From Erysipelotrichaceae bacterium (GTDB lineage: Bacteria; Bacillota_I; Bacilli_A; RFN20; CAG-826), in NCBI GenBank assembly GCA_015059185.1, contig SVAY01000006.1, positions 14,070 to 78,069 on the forward strand: 64,000 nt of DNA. The letters are read 5' to 3'. The position numbers were made by a program, and so were the translations under genes. Below are positions 1 through 9,759 of the stretch, one piece after another. Below the pieces are notes generated by a model that ran no database searches, was not told the origin of the DNA, and saw nothing but the letters and a program-made list of their open reading frames with translations. Position 1 is the first letter of the stretch, and each line of letters starts with the position of its first letter.

Positions 1-2
1 AG

Positions 3-440
3 ATGGGCGCCCCAATCGCTATTATTGATAAACGTAGACCAAGACCAAACGAAGCTGAAATCATCGGTATCGTTGGTGATGTTAAAGATAAAGATTGTAT
101 CATCGTTGATGATATCGTCGATACTGCCGGTACATTATGCTTAGCCGCTAATAAACTTAAAGAATTAGGCGCAAGACATGTCTATGCTGCTATCTCTCAC
201 GCTATCTTAAGCGGACCAGCTTGCGAAAGAATTCAAAATAGTGGCATTGATAAATTAGTCATTACTGATACCATTCCACTACCAGAAAATAAACGTTTAG
301 ATAAAATTGAAGTCTTATCACTCGCACCAATGTATGCTGATATTATTAACTGCATCGAATATGGTGGCTCTTTAGGTAAAGTGTTCCAAGATTTCTTTGA
401 TGAACACTACGCACCAAGAGGAAAGAAGAAAAATGCGTAA
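3..440 (+). CDS. prs: ribose-phosphate pyrophosphokinase, C-terminal part (5' end lies outside the window)
   Basis: ORF translation has PRPP-synthetase C-terminal motifs (DDIVDTAGT, GARHVYA); runs to the left window edge. Confidence 0.85.
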   Translation: MGAPIAIIDKRRPRPNEAEIIGIVGDVKDKDCIIVDDIVDTAGTLCLAANKLKELGARHVYAAISHAILSGPACERIQNSGIDKLVITDTIPLPENKRLDKIEVLSLAPMYADIINCIEYGGSLGKVFQDFFDEHYAPRGKKKNA

Positions 441-993
441 AATCGTTTTTAACGAAACTGAAATACAAGGCGCTTGCGAAAGAATCGCTAACGAATTAAC
501 CAAGGACCTTGCTAACGATGAAAAGATCCCTGTGTTCTTAGGCGTCATGAAGGGAGCATTAAACTTCTTTATGGATTTAACCAAAAGAATGGAAATGCCT
601 ATCTATCTTGACTACATTCAAATCTCTTCCTATGAAGGTACTAAAAGTACCGGTAATGTCAAATTATTACACGACTTAAGATTTGATTGTGAAGGACGTA
701 CAGTGATTATCGTTGAAGATATCGTCGATACAGGCGTATCTATGAATTATCTCACCAAATATATCCAAGAGAAATATAATCCAAAACGTATCATCGTTGT
801 CACCTTGTTTGATAAGATTAACGCTCGTACAGTCCCAATTAAGATTGATTATTCTGGCAAAGTTTTAGCCCAAAATGATTTCTTAATCGGATATGGTCTA
901 GATTATAAAGAATTACATCGTAATGTTCCTTATGTCTATATCCCAGACGAAGACGAATATAACGAGCTCACTGATCTTGCAAATAATAGTTAA
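433..993 (+). CDS. hpt: hypoxanthine(-guanine) phosphoribosyltransferase
   Basis: PRT motif VIIVEDIVDTG; start taken at ATG 433 (MRKIVFNE) preceded by AAGAGGAAAG RBS; overlaps the prs stop. Confidence 0.8.
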   Translation: MRKIVFNETEIQGACERIANELTKDLANDEKIPVFLGVMKGALNFFMDLTKRMEMPIYLDYIQISSYEGTKSTGNVKLLHDLRFDCEGRTVIIVEDIVDTGVSMNYLTKYIQEKYNPKRIIVVTLFDKINARTVPIKIDYSGKVLAQNDFLIGYGLDYKELHRNVPYVYIPDEDEYNELTDLANNS

Positions 994-1042
994 TTATTAA
1001 GGCCGCCTATAACGGCCTTTCATTTAGAAAGGAATTATCATT

Positions 1043-1585
1043 ATGAACCCATGGCATGACATCAGCAAAGAACGCGTTAAACCAGATAAGTTCTGGGCAA
1101 TGATTGAAATCTCTAAAGGAAGTAAAAACAAATACGAACTTGATAAAGAGACTGGAAGGCTTAAACTTGATCGCGTCTTATTCACCTCAACACATTATCC
1201 TCAAAACTATGGTTTTATCCCTTTAACATACTCTCGTGATTATGACCCATTAGATGTTCTTGTTTTATGTAGTGAAGATATTCTTCCTATGGCATTTGTT
1301 GAATGTAAACCTATTGGTATATTAACAATGATCGATAGCGGATTACCTGATGATAAGATTATTGCTGTAGCAGTAAGTGATCCATTTTATAAAAACTATA
1401 ATGACATATCTGAGCTACCTGAACACATTATGGCGGAGATTAAACACTTCTTCCAAGTCTATAAAACGCTTGAAGGTAAAGATACCTCAGTTGATGAATT
1501 TAAGTCGGGTGATGAGGCTAAAAGAATTATCGAAGAAGCTCTTAATGATTATAAAAGAACAATCCTCCCTAACTTACATAAATAA
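1043..1585 (+). CDS. ppa: family I inorganic pyrophosphatase
   Basis: Size (180 aa) and conserved Asp/Tyr-rich core (YPxNYGFIP, DPLDVLV) typical of soluble PPase. Confidence 0.85.
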   Translation: MNPWHDISKERVKPDKFWAMIEISKGSKNKYELDKETGRLKLDRVLFTSTHYPQNYGFIPLTYSRDYDPLDVLVLCSEDILPMAFVECKPIGILTMIDSGLPDDKIIAVAVSDPFYKNYNDISELPEHIMAEIKHFFQVYKTLEGKDTSVDEFKSGDEAKRIIEEALNDYKRTILPNLHK

Positions 1586-1604
1586 TCCCTATTATAAACA
1601 AAAA

Positions 1605-1640
1605 GAAAATGCCCCGTTATAGTAACGAGGCACTTTTTAT
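1605..1640. terminator. bidirectional intrinsic terminator between ppa (+) and ptsI (-)
   Basis: Hairpin GCCCCGTTATAGTAACGAGGC flanked by an A-run and a T-run. Confidence 0.6.
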
Positions 1641-1651
1641 AAGCAAATAAA

Positions 1652-3295
1652 TTAGATGAATTTAGAGATATCAACTTCATTAGTGTCAATCTTTGATATT
1701 CTTTCTCTTAAAGCCAAGGTATAGGCTGGAGAGACACTTAATTCATCGATACCAATTTTCACGAAGAACGGTAATAATTCCTCATCTCTAGCAAGTTCAC
1801 CACATATACCAACAGGGATACCCGCTTTATGAGCATTTTCACAAATGATATTAATTAATCTCGTCACCGAACGATGACGCGGATTAAACTGTGCAGTAAG
1901 ATTTGGATTCACTCTATCAAGCGCTAAAGTGTACTGCGTTAAATCATTTGTGCCAATAGAGAAGAAGTCAACTTCTCTAGCAAAGATATCGCTAAGAATA
2001 GCGGCACTAGGAGTTTCAACCATAATACCAATCTTCACATCTTCTTTGTAAAGAAGGCCACGCGCTTTAAGATTGTCTCTCGCTTGTTTAGCCATTTCTT
2101 TAATAAAGTTAATCTCACTTAACGAAATAATCATCGGGACCATAATCGCTAAGTTCCCATAATATGAAGCGCGGTATAGTGCTTGAAGTTGTGTTAAGAA
2201 AATTTGAGGACGCGCTTTACAAATACGAATACTTCTAAAACCAAGCGCTGGATTATCTTCTTCTGGAAGATCAAAGTAATCAATCTTCTTATCTGCTCCA
2301 ATATCTAATGTACGAATAATAACTTGACGAGGCGCCATCGCTTCAACAACGCGTTTATAATGTTCAAATTGTTCTTCTTCCGAAGGATAAGTTGAGTTAT
2401 CTAAATAGATGAATTCACTACGGAAGAGGCCAATACCTTCACTATCATTTTTAATCGCATTTTCTACTTCAAAAGAAGAGGCTATATTGGAATAGATTTC
2501 TAATTTCTTTCCATCTTTAGAAATAGTTGGTTTTCCTTTAAAAGCCTGCAATTTAAGCTTATTTTCTTCATATTGATTCTTAAGTTTTGCATAATCAGTC
2601 ACAATATGAGATTCTGGACCAATTAATAGTTGGGCTTTGTTTGCGTCTAAAATCGCATACTCCCCTTCAAGTTCCTTAGTGACTTCAAAACCATCAATTC
2701 CACAGATAGAAGGAATTTCAAGCATTCTTGTTAAAATCGAGACGTGAGAATTTGTGCCACCTTTTACGAACACAATTCCCAAAATGAGTTTGCGATCAAT
2801 CTTCATAAGCTCACTACTTGGAAGATCATCACAAATGATAATGCTTGGTTCTTTTATAATAAAACCACTACTATCTTTTTTAAGGAAAGAGATGATACGA
2901 GAGCTAACTTCTCTAACGTCATTTGCTCTTTCTTTCATATAAGCATCATCCATTGATGCAAACATATCTGCGAGTTGAGCACCAGCACTTTGGGTCGCAA
3001 ATTCTGCAGTAACGTTATTTTCTAATTCAGCTTTAACCGCGTCTTCGAAATCTAGATCCTCAGCCATCAGCTTATGGGTCTCAAATAACGCTGCTTCTTT
3101 TTCACCAAGCTTTGCCAAAGTCTCCATAAAAGAGGCATCCAACGCTTGTACTGTTTCACTACGTGCTTTTTTAAATCTTTCGAATTCTTTTTCTGGGCCT
3201 AAACCAAAACTTTTTTCGACTTTTTCCTGTTTGTAAACAGCAAGCTTACCTAATGCATAGCCTTCAAATACTCGGCTTCCTTGATAAGTCTTCAT
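1652..3295 (-). CDS. ptsI: PTS enzyme I (phosphoenolpyruvate-protein phosphotransferase)
   Basis: 547 aa, PEP-utilising enzyme family sequence throughout. Confidence 0.9.
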   Translation of the reverse strand: MKTYQGSRVFEGYALGKLAVYKQEKVEKSFGLGPEKEFERFKKARSETVQALDASFMETLAKLGEKEAALFETHKLMAEDLDFEDAVKAELENNVTAEFATQSAGAQLADMFASMDDAYMKERANDVREVSSRIISFLKKDSSGFIIKEPSIIICDDLPSSELMKIDRKLILGIVFVKGGTNSHVSILTRMLEIPSICGIDGFEVTKELEGEYAILDANKAQLLIGPESHIVTDYAKLKNQYEENKLKLQAFKGKPTISKDGKKLEIYSNIASSFEVENAIKNDSEGIGLFRSEFIYLDNSTYPSEEEQFEHYKRVVEAMAPRQVIIRTLDIGADKKIDYFDLPEEDNPALGFRSIRICKARPQIFLTQLQALYRASYYGNLAIMVPMIISLSEINFIKEMAKQARDNLKARGLLYKEDVKIGIMVETPSAAILSDIFAREVDFFSIGTNDLTQYTLALDRVNPNLTAQFNPRHRSVTRLINIICENAHKAGIPVGICGELARDEELLPFFVKIGIDELSVSPAYTLALRERISKIDTNEVDISKFI

Positions 3296-3298
3296 TGT

Positions 3299-3556
3299 TT
3301 ATAAATTTTCCTTAAATATTTTTTCAACAGCGGCTGCTCCGTCTTCTTCGTCAGCCCCTTCAACTTTAATAACTACTTCTTCACCGCATTTAACACATAA
3401 AGACATAACACCGAAGATTCTTTTTAAATCGGCGCTTTTGCCTTTATTTTCAATGGTGAAGTTAGAAGAGTATTTCTTTGCTTCAGCAACAACAACACCG
3501 GCTGGACGTGCATGAATACCTTCTTTGTCAGTAATAACATAACTAAATTGTTTCAT
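3299..3556 (-). CDS. ptsH: phosphocarrier protein HPr
   Basis: 85 aa, His15 context GIHARPA and Ser46 region typical of HPr. Confidence 0.9.
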   Translation of the reverse strand: MKQFSYVITDKEGIHARPAGVVVAEAKKYSSNFTIENKGKSADLKRIFGVMSLCVKCGEEVVIKVEGADEEDGAAAVEKIFKENL

Positions 3557-3614
3557 ATAATGATTCTCCTATATTATTTATCCTAGAGCCCACAAGGGCC
3601 CTAGGAATAAAATA

Positions 3615-5609
3615 TTATTTCTTTTTGAAAAGCTTTTTGATATTAATACCTTTCCATTTACCAAGTTCAGGATTATCGTTATCCTTCTTTAAGATGCCAA
3701 GAAGTATAGCGGTAACAAATGAACCTGCAACAATGGCTAGTAGATAAAGTGGAATAGCCCAACCTGGTTGAATGGTACCTAAAACGAATATACCGCCATG
3801 AGGTGCCAATAATTGACATTGGAATAATCCTGTTAATAAACCAGCGACAAGTGAACCACCGGCACAGCTAACAATAACTCTCCATGGGTCAGCAGCAGCG
3901 AATGGAATAGCGCCTTCAGTGATAAATGAGGCACCCATAACATAATTCACCATCGCATCTCCTCTTTGAGTTTTTGAATATTTTTGAGGGAATAAGTTAG
4001 CACTTAAGGCGATACCAAGAGGTGGCACCATACCACCTGCCATAACAGCAGCCATCATGATATAAGCTTCTGGAGTTTGTGTAGATAAGCTTCCAGCAGC
4101 GAAGACATAAGCAGCTTTATTAATAGGACCACCCATATCGGTTGCCATCATGGTCGCAAGAAGCGCACAAGTGATAACTAATAAGGCAGGTTGTTGACCC
4201 ATATATGTTAATAAGTTATTGAATCCAATATTGACGTAGATTAATGGCGTATTGATGAGATACATTGATCCGCCAATTAAAATCATACCTAAGATTGGAT
4301 AGATAAGCATTGGTTTAAGAGCATCTAATGATTTTGGTAATTTCTTAAACAACCTTCCTAATCCTAGAACAATGTATCCAGCAAGGAAGCCGGCAACAAT
4401 GCCTCCTAAGAACCCTGCATTAGAGCCTTTATCAACGCCCTCAATCGCGTATTGAATATTAAATGTTGAAGTAGTAGCAATAAACCCACCGACCATACCA
4501 ACAGCAAGACCAGGACGACCCGCAATTGAGAAGGCAATGAACCCTGCTAAAATCCATACCATGAAGTTAAAGCCATAACCACCGATAGTTTTAAACCAAG
4601 CAGCAACAGCATTAACACTACCGAAGTTAGGATCTCCAGCATTTCCAGCGATGGTATCAATTAAGAATGCGATAGCAATTAAGATACCTCCACCAATAAC
4701 GAATGGTAACATGTGGCTAACACCACTCATTAAGTGTTTATATATTTGGTGAGCAACTGATCCTTTTTCCCCTTCTTCCTTACTAGCTTCACCACTAGCT
4801 TTATATTTTGGAGTTTCTGGATCAAGCGCTTTATTAATAAGTTTTTCTGGTTCGTGGATACCCTTAGCAACTTTTGCTTGTACAACACGTTTACCGTTAA
4901 ACCTATTCATCTCGACATTGACATCAGCGGCAACGACAATGCCTTCTGCGTGTTCAATTTCCTCTTTGGTAAGTTTATTTTTAATTCCACCAGAGCCATT
5001 AGTTTCAACTTTAATCGATATGCCCATTTCTTTCGCTTTATCTTTCAAAGCTTGTTCAGCCATATAAGTATGAGCAATGCCGGTAGGACAGCCAGTAACA
5101 GCTAAGACACGTGGATAACCACTATCGGCTTCTACTTTTTCTTCTTCAAGTTTTTCGCCTTCGGCTTCATCAATTACTTTTAAGAATGCTTTTGCGTTTT
5201 TAGCTTTTAAGAGTTTATTCTTAAATTCATCATTCATAAGCATTTCACTTAATCTCGCTAATACGTCTAAATGAACATTATCTTCACTATTTGGGGCTGC
5301 GATTAAGAATAATAAGTGCACAGGTTCACCGTCTAAAGAAGCATAGTCAACACCTTCCGGGATGACCATTGCTGCTAAAGCAGGTTTATTAACAACTGAG
5401 CTTTTACAGTGAGGAATAGCAATTCCTTCCCCAATACCTGTTGTTGATTCTTCTTCTCTTTTAAAAACACCATTCTCATAGACTGAAACATCATCAATCG
5501 CGCCTGAATTGGCAATAAGAGAGACAGCTTGTTTAATCACATCAGCTTTAGAATCAGCTTTTGCACCAATCAATACTGTTTTTTCTGATAATAAATCAGT
5601 AATTCTCAT
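3615..5609 (-). CDS. fruA: PTS fructose-specific IIABC component
   Basis: 664 aa with an N-terminal IIA(Fru) domain, a IIB domain with Cys (VTGCPTGIAHT) and a multi-TM IIC domain; RBS GAAAGGAG. Confidence 0.85.
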   Translation of the reverse strand: MRITDLLSEKTVLIGAKADSKADVIKQAVSLIANSGAIDDVSVYENGVFKREEESTTGIGEGIAIPHCKSSVVNKPALAAMVIPEGVDYASLDGEPVHLLFLIAAPNSEDNVHLDVLARLSEMLMNDEFKNKLLKAKNAKAFLKVIDEAEGEKLEEEKVEADSGYPRVLAVTGCPTGIAHTYMAEQALKDKAKEMGISIKVETNGSGGIKNKLTKEEIEHAEGIVVAADVNVEMNRFNGKRVVQAKVAKGIHEPEKLINKALDPETPKYKASGEASKEEGEKGSVAHQIYKHLMSGVSHMLPFVIGGGILIAIAFLIDTIAGNAGDPNFGSVNAVAAWFKTIGGYGFNFMVWILAGFIAFSIAGRPGLAVGMVGGFIATTSTFNIQYAIEGVDKGSNAGFLGGIVAGFLAGYIVLGLGRLFKKLPKSLDALKPMLIYPILGMILIGGSMYLINTPLIYVNIGFNNLLTYMGQQPALLVITCALLATMMATDMGGPINKAAYVFAAGSLSTQTPEAYIMMAAVMAGGMVPPLGIALSANLFPQKYSKTQRGDAMVNYVMGASFITEGAIPFAAADPWRVIVSCAGGSLVAGLLTGLFQCQLLAPHGGIFVLGTIQPGWAIPLYLLAIVAGSFVTAILLGILKKDNDNPELGKWKGINIKKLFKKK

Positions 5610-5629
5610 AGATACTCCTTTCTAATTTA

Positions 5630-6532
5630 TTAATCCATTTTGTTTAACAAGTTAGTTACTTCTTCTTTAGTGGCTAAATATTCACTAAAAGCGGAAGCAC
5701 TACCTGTCGCAATGCCTTGTTTAAAGGCTTTTTTAATATCTTTTGAATCAAGATATTCGGCAATAAATCCTGCCACAAGAGAATCTCCTGCTCCTACAGT
5801 ATTTACGACCTTTCCTTGTGGGGCGCTTCTTTTAACAGACTCTAAGCCTTCCCCGACGAGTAAAGCACCATCTCCCCCTAAAGAAACAATGACATTTCTT
5901 GCTCCTAACGATAGAAGCTTAGAAGCATTTTCAATTAATTCTTGATCGTTAGAAATTGAGACGTTAAACATTTCTTCAAGCTCTTCTTTATTAGGTTTCA
6001 CTAGAAGCGGGCGATACTTTAAAGTGTTGAGTAAAATATCTTTAGTCGCATCAACGATAACTTCTACTTTGTTATCTTTAATACGTTCTAAAATCATCTC
6101 ATAAATATTTGAAGGCAAAGATTTAGGAACTGTTCCAGATATCACTAAAAGATCATCTTTAGTTAATTTCTCTAATTGAGAAATTAATTTATTAATATCT
6201 TCATCTTTAATATTAGGGCCTTGACCATTAATCGCTGTTTCTTTTCCAGCACGGATTTTCACATTAATTCGGGTAAGCCCATCTACTTCAATAAAACCAG
6301 ATTTGATATTTCTTTTGGCAAGTTCTTCTTTAATGAATGCACCAGTAAAACCACCTAAAAAGCCTGTAGCAATACTACTCTTTCCTAGGTTAGCTAAAAC
6401 TAGTGATACATTAATTCCCTTCCCACCCGGAAAAACTTGCTCTTGTTGAGTACGATTAATGTCGCCAATAGTAAAATTAGCTAAATCAACTACATAATCA
6501 ATAGCGGGTGAAAAGGTAACAGTATAAATCAT
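5630..6532 (-). CDS. fruK: 1-phosphofructokinase (PfkB family)
   Basis: 300 aa PfkB ribokinase-fold with GAGDS motif; lies first in the operon before fruA; RBS GGAGG. Confidence 0.85.
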   Translation of the reverse strand: MIYTVTFSPAIDYVVDLANFTIGDINRTQQEQVFPGGKGINVSLVLANLGKSSIATGFLGGFTGAFIKEELAKRNIKSGFIEVDGLTRINVKIRAGKETAINGQGPNIKDEDINKLISQLEKLTKDDLLVISGTVPKSLPSNIYEMILERIKDNKVEVIVDATKDILLNTLKYRPLLVKPNKEELEEMFNVSISNDQELIENASKLLSLGARNVIVSLGGDGALLVGEGLESVKRSAPQGKVVNTVGAGDSLVAGFIAEYLDSKDIKKAFKQGIATGSASAFSEYLATKEEVTNLLNKMD

Positions 6533-6620
6533 AGTTTACCTCCGTTATTAAGTAACATATATTTTGATGATGATAATTTATTTTACTTGATATATATTAA
6601 TAACTCAAAACAAATGTGTA

Positions 6621-6634
6621 TATGCGTGCACGCA
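6621..6634. promoter_or_regulatory. perfect 14-bp palindrome ATGCGTGCACGCAT upstream of the fruK promoter (candidate operator)
   Basis: Exact inverted repeat read directly from the sequence, about 100 bp upstream of the fruK start. Confidence 0.3.
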
Positions 6635-6711
6635 TTTAGTTAGTAGATAGATATAGCGACTAATCTTTTTTTATTAATGGGAGGTAAATTATTATATTTT
6701 TTCACCCATTA

Positions 6712-6744
6712 AACATATAAAAAAGGTGTCTAAATAGACACCTT
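6712..6744 (-). terminator. intrinsic terminator of upp
   Basis: 10-bp stem AAGGTGTCTA/TAGACACCTT followed by a U-run on the minus strand. Confidence 0.7.
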
Positions 6745-6765
6745 AATTAATAATATTCCTTAATA

Positions 6766-7425
6766 TTAGGAGTGTGGTTTATTGACAGTACCGAAGATTC
6801 TATCACCACAGTCACCTAAGCCTGGGCAGATGTAAGCTTTATCATTGAGTTCTCTATCAAGAGCACCGACATAAAGTGGGATATCTGGATGAGCTTCACA
6901 GAATCTAGCTACACCTTCTGGCGCCGCAATGATACAGATAAAGCTGATTTGTTTAGCACCGTGTCTTCTTAAGATATCAACCGCGCCACAAGCAGATCCG
7001 CCGGTAGCAAGCATTGGGTCGATAAGGTAGATATGACGGTTAGCGATATCATCAGGAAGCTTGCAGTAATATTCAACAGGTTCATGGGTTTCTTCATTTC
7101 TATATAAACCGATGTGACCACAGGTTGCACCTGGAACGAGTTCAAGCATACCATCTTCCATACCTAAGCCTGCTCTAAGGATTGGTACGAAACAGATGCC
7201 TTTTCTACTCACTGATGGTTGCATTGTTTTTTCGATTGGAGTCTCAACTTCTCTTAAGTGAGTTGGGAGATCTCTTAATGCTTCATATCCTTCGATGAAG
7301 GCAATCTCTTTAACAATGGTTCTAAATTCATTTGTTGGAGTGTTCTTATCTCTGAGCTTTGTAATTTTATGTTTGAGCAAAGGATGGTCAAGATAAGTGA
7401 CATTTTTATATTTACTTAAATCCAT
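6766..7425 (-). CDS. upp: uracil phosphoribosyltransferase
   Basis: 219 aa typical Upp sequence; RBS AGAGGTAAA. Confidence 0.85.
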   Translation of the reverse strand: MDLSKYKNVTYLDHPLLKHKITKLRDKNTPTNEFRTIVKEIAFIEGYEALRDLPTHLREVETPIEKTMQPSVSRKGICFVPILRAGLGMEDGMLELVPGATCGHIGLYRNEETHEPVEYYCKLPDDIANRHIYLIDPMLATGGSACGAVDILRRHGAKQISFICIIAAPEGVARFCEAHPDIPLYVGALDRELNDKAYICPGLGDCGDRIFGTVNKPHS

Positions 7426-7514
7426 ATTTTTACCTCTTAAAATAATTCTACATAAATAGGTACAAATAATAAATGTTTATTTTCTTAAAATAATAATTAG
7501 ACTAAAATAGTGAT

Positions 7515-8051
7515 ATGGAATATAAAACAACAATCTTAGATGAATTAGCCTTAAGTAGAACAATCAAGCGTTTAGCTCATGAAATTATTGAACATAATAA
7601 CGGAGTAAACGATTTAATATTAGTCGGTATTAAAACACGTGGCGTACCATTCGCCAGCATCATCAAGGAGCATTTCAAAACTCTTGAAGGTGTTGACGTA
7701 CCACTTGAAGAAATTGATATTACCTTATATCGTGATGACCTCACTGAAGTGAGTAACGATGCAAAGCTTAATCAAGATAAAATCACCACTGACGTAAATG
7801 GAAAAACTGTTATCTTATGTGATGATGTCTTATATACCGGTAGAACATGTCGTGCTGCTATCGACGCTGTACTTAAACATGGTCGGCCAAAATCAATTCA
7901 GTTCGCTGTCATTATTGACCGTGGTCATAGAGAGCTCCCAATTAGAGCGGATTACGTTGGTAAAAACGTACCAACTAGCCATAACGAAATCATCGCTGTT
8001 AAATTTAAAGAAACAGATGATATTAATAGCGTAGAATTATATCAACTCTAA
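7515..8051 (+). CDS. pyrR: bifunctional pyrimidine operon regulator / uracil phosphoribosyltransferase PyrR
   Basis: 178 aa PyrR-family sequence (PRT fold, [13 protein letters not shown]). Confidence 0.8.
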   Translation: MEYKTTILDELALSRTIKRLAHEIIEHNNGVNDLILVGIKTRGVPFASIIKEHFKTLEGVDVPLEEIDITLYRDDLTEVSNDAKLNQDKITTDVNGKTVILCDDVLYTGRTCRAAIDAVLKHGRPKSIQFAVIIDRGHRELPIRADYVGKNVPTSHNEIIAVKFKETDDINSVELYQL

Positions 8052-8077
8052 TATCTATTAATTAATCATAAAAATAT

Positions 8078-8110
8078 ATAAAAAGGATGGGTCAAGCCCA
8101 TCCATTTTAT
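8078..8110. terminator. bidirectional terminator shared by pyrR (+) and pyrP (-)
   Basis: GGATGGG-TCAAG-CCCATCC hairpin flanked by an A-run and a T-run. Confidence 0.7.
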
Positions 8111-8129
8111 GTTTATAAAACTCAATTAC

Positions 8130-9542
8130 TTATTTTTTTGGACTGTCGTCGCCTTCAGGAATCACGCCTTCTTCTTTTGGTTGACCTTTTTTGAGGTTAA
8201 CCAAGAGGTTAACTAAGATACCTAAGATTAAGGCACAGGCAACTTCAGTAACGGTCACTTGTCCAAACTTGAGGACCATGCCGCCGACACCAGCGATTAA
8301 GATAACAGAGACAACGAATAAGTTTCTATTATCACCGAGGTCGACTGGTTGAATCATCTTAAGTCCGGATACAGCGATGAAGCCGTAGAGGGCGATACAG
8401 ACACCACCCATGACACAGCTTGGGATAGTGGCTAAGAATGTGGCGAATGGTAAGATGAAGCTTAAGACGATGGCCATACAGGCTGTCACTAAGATTGTTC
8501 TTACAGAAGCGTTACCAGAGATAGCAACACATCCAACGGATTCACCATAAGTTGTATTGGCAGCACCACCGAAGAAGGCACCAGCTATAGATCCAACACC
8601 ATCACCTAATAAGGTTCTGTGAAGTCCTGGATCATCTAATAAATCGTGTTCAATGATAGATGATAAGTTTTTGTGGTCGGCAATGTGTTCAGCAAAGACG
8701 ACGAAGGCAACTGGGATATAAGCAACAGCGATTGTGCCTAAGTAAGCACCGAAGTTACCGGCTTCGCCGAAGTCATAATTACCACTGAAGGCAGTTAAGA
8801 ATGTGAAGTCTGGGCACCATCCACCGATGAACTTACCCCATCCTGCTTGTGCGAATAATTCAAAGTTGATAACTTTTAAGGCATCGTTATTAGCAGCATA
8901 ACCGATTCCTGTGAAGATAGCAGCGAGGGCATAACCTGCAGCGATACCAATGATGAATGGAATCATCTTCATCATTTTCTTGCCATAAACTGAGCAAGCA
9001 ATGGTTACAAATAATGTTACTAAGCCACAGATGAGTGCGACAAAGGTATTAGCAGTTGGAACACCTTCAACAGCGAAGGAACCTTTCATTAAATCACCAA
9101 CCGCGTTACCAGCTAAGCTAAGTCCGATAATAGCAACAGTTGGTCCAATAACAACAGCTGGCATGATTTTGTTAATCCATGAAGTGCCACAGAATTTAAC
9201 AACGATTGCAATAGCAACATAGACAAGGCCTGCAAAAGCAGCACCGATGATGAGTCCGAGATAACCAACGGACATAGAGACTGCTCCACCAAAAGCAGCG
9301 AACATACTTCCTAAGAAAGCGAAGGAGCTTCCTAAGAAGACTGGTGATTTGAATTTTGTAAATAACAAGTAAACAATAGTACCAACACCAGCACCGAATA
9401 AAGCTGCAGAAGTACTCATGCCATTTCCAACGATCATTGGAACAGCAATGGTAGCAGCCATAATAGCGAGGAGTTGTTGTAAAGCGAATACTAATGTTTT
9501 GCCCCATGAAGGTTTGTCACTTACGCCGTAAACGAGTTTCAT
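8130..9542 (-). CDS. pyrP: uracil permease (NCS2 family, UraA/PyrP-like)
   Basis: 470 aa multi-TM protein with strong UraA signature blocks (YLGSSFAF, AEH, DPGLHR, NTTYGE); RBS AAGGAG. Confidence 0.8.
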   Translation of the reverse strand: MKLVYGVSDKPSWGKTLVFALQQLLAIMAATIAVPMIVGNGMSTSAALFGAGVGTIVYLLFTKFKSPVFLGSSFAFLGSMFAAFGGAVSMSVGYLGLIIGAAFAGLVYVAIAIVVKFCGTSWINKIMPAVVIGPTVAIIGLSLAGNAVGDLMKGSFAVEGVPTANTFVALICGLVTLFVTIACSVYGKKMMKMIPFIIGIAAGYALAAIFTGIGYAANNDALKVINFELFAQAGWGKFIGGWCPDFTFLTAFSGNYDFGEAGNFGAYLGTIAVAYIPVAFVVFAEHIADHKNLSSIIEHDLLDDPGLHRTLLGDGVGSIAGAFFGGAANTTYGESVGCVAISGNASVRTILVTACMAIVLSFILPFATFLATIPSCVMGGVCIALYGFIAVSGLKMIQPVDLGDNRNLFVVSVILIAGVGGMVLKFGQVTVTEVACALILGILVNLLVNLKKGQPKEEGVIPEGDDSPKK

Positions 9543-9569
9543 ATTTCTTTCTCCTTTTTTCGTTTAGTC

Positions 9570-9703
9570 TAATAAAAACGCCTAGTCGACATCGACCAGG
9601 CGCATAGTATACACTTCACTTGAGTTGTTCTAGCATCTTGTCGATATCTCGTATCGCCTTAAAGACCGTATATATAATAGTAGTATTACTCTTAGCTTGT
9701 CAA
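9570..9703 (-). promoter_or_regulatory. pyrP promoter (TTGACA-18-TATTAT at 9703-9674) and leader carrying an intrinsic terminator (hairpin 9579-9602 plus U-run) about 30 nt upstream of the RBS; candidate attenuator
   Basis: Hexamers and the 11-bp GC-rich stem CGCCUGGUCGA/UCGACUAGGCG followed by UUUUUAUU were read from the sequence; there is no room for a promoter downstream of the hairpin. Confidence 0.45.
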
Positions 9704-9759
9704 ACTCTTTTTGAAAGAATTTTTTACTCAATTTTTTACAGATTAGAAAAATGTCTTTT

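Noticed and set aside
372-584. 70-aa minus-strand ORF overlapping the prs/hpt junction (and similar small ORFs at 1377-1622, 2744-2956, 4854-5105, 5640-5945 and elsewhere)
   Set aside because: All are embedded antisense or out-of-frame within strongly supported genes, with no RBS.
9196-9507. 103-aa Cys/Trp/Arg-rich ORF
   Set aside because: Lies antisense inside the well-supported uracil permease gene; its composition is an artefact of reverse-reading the hydrophobic codons.
9603-9700. PyrR-binding loop in the pyrP leader
   Set aside because: I searched for the UCCxGxGAGG-type motif on the transcribed strand and did not find it; I kept only the generic attenuator call.
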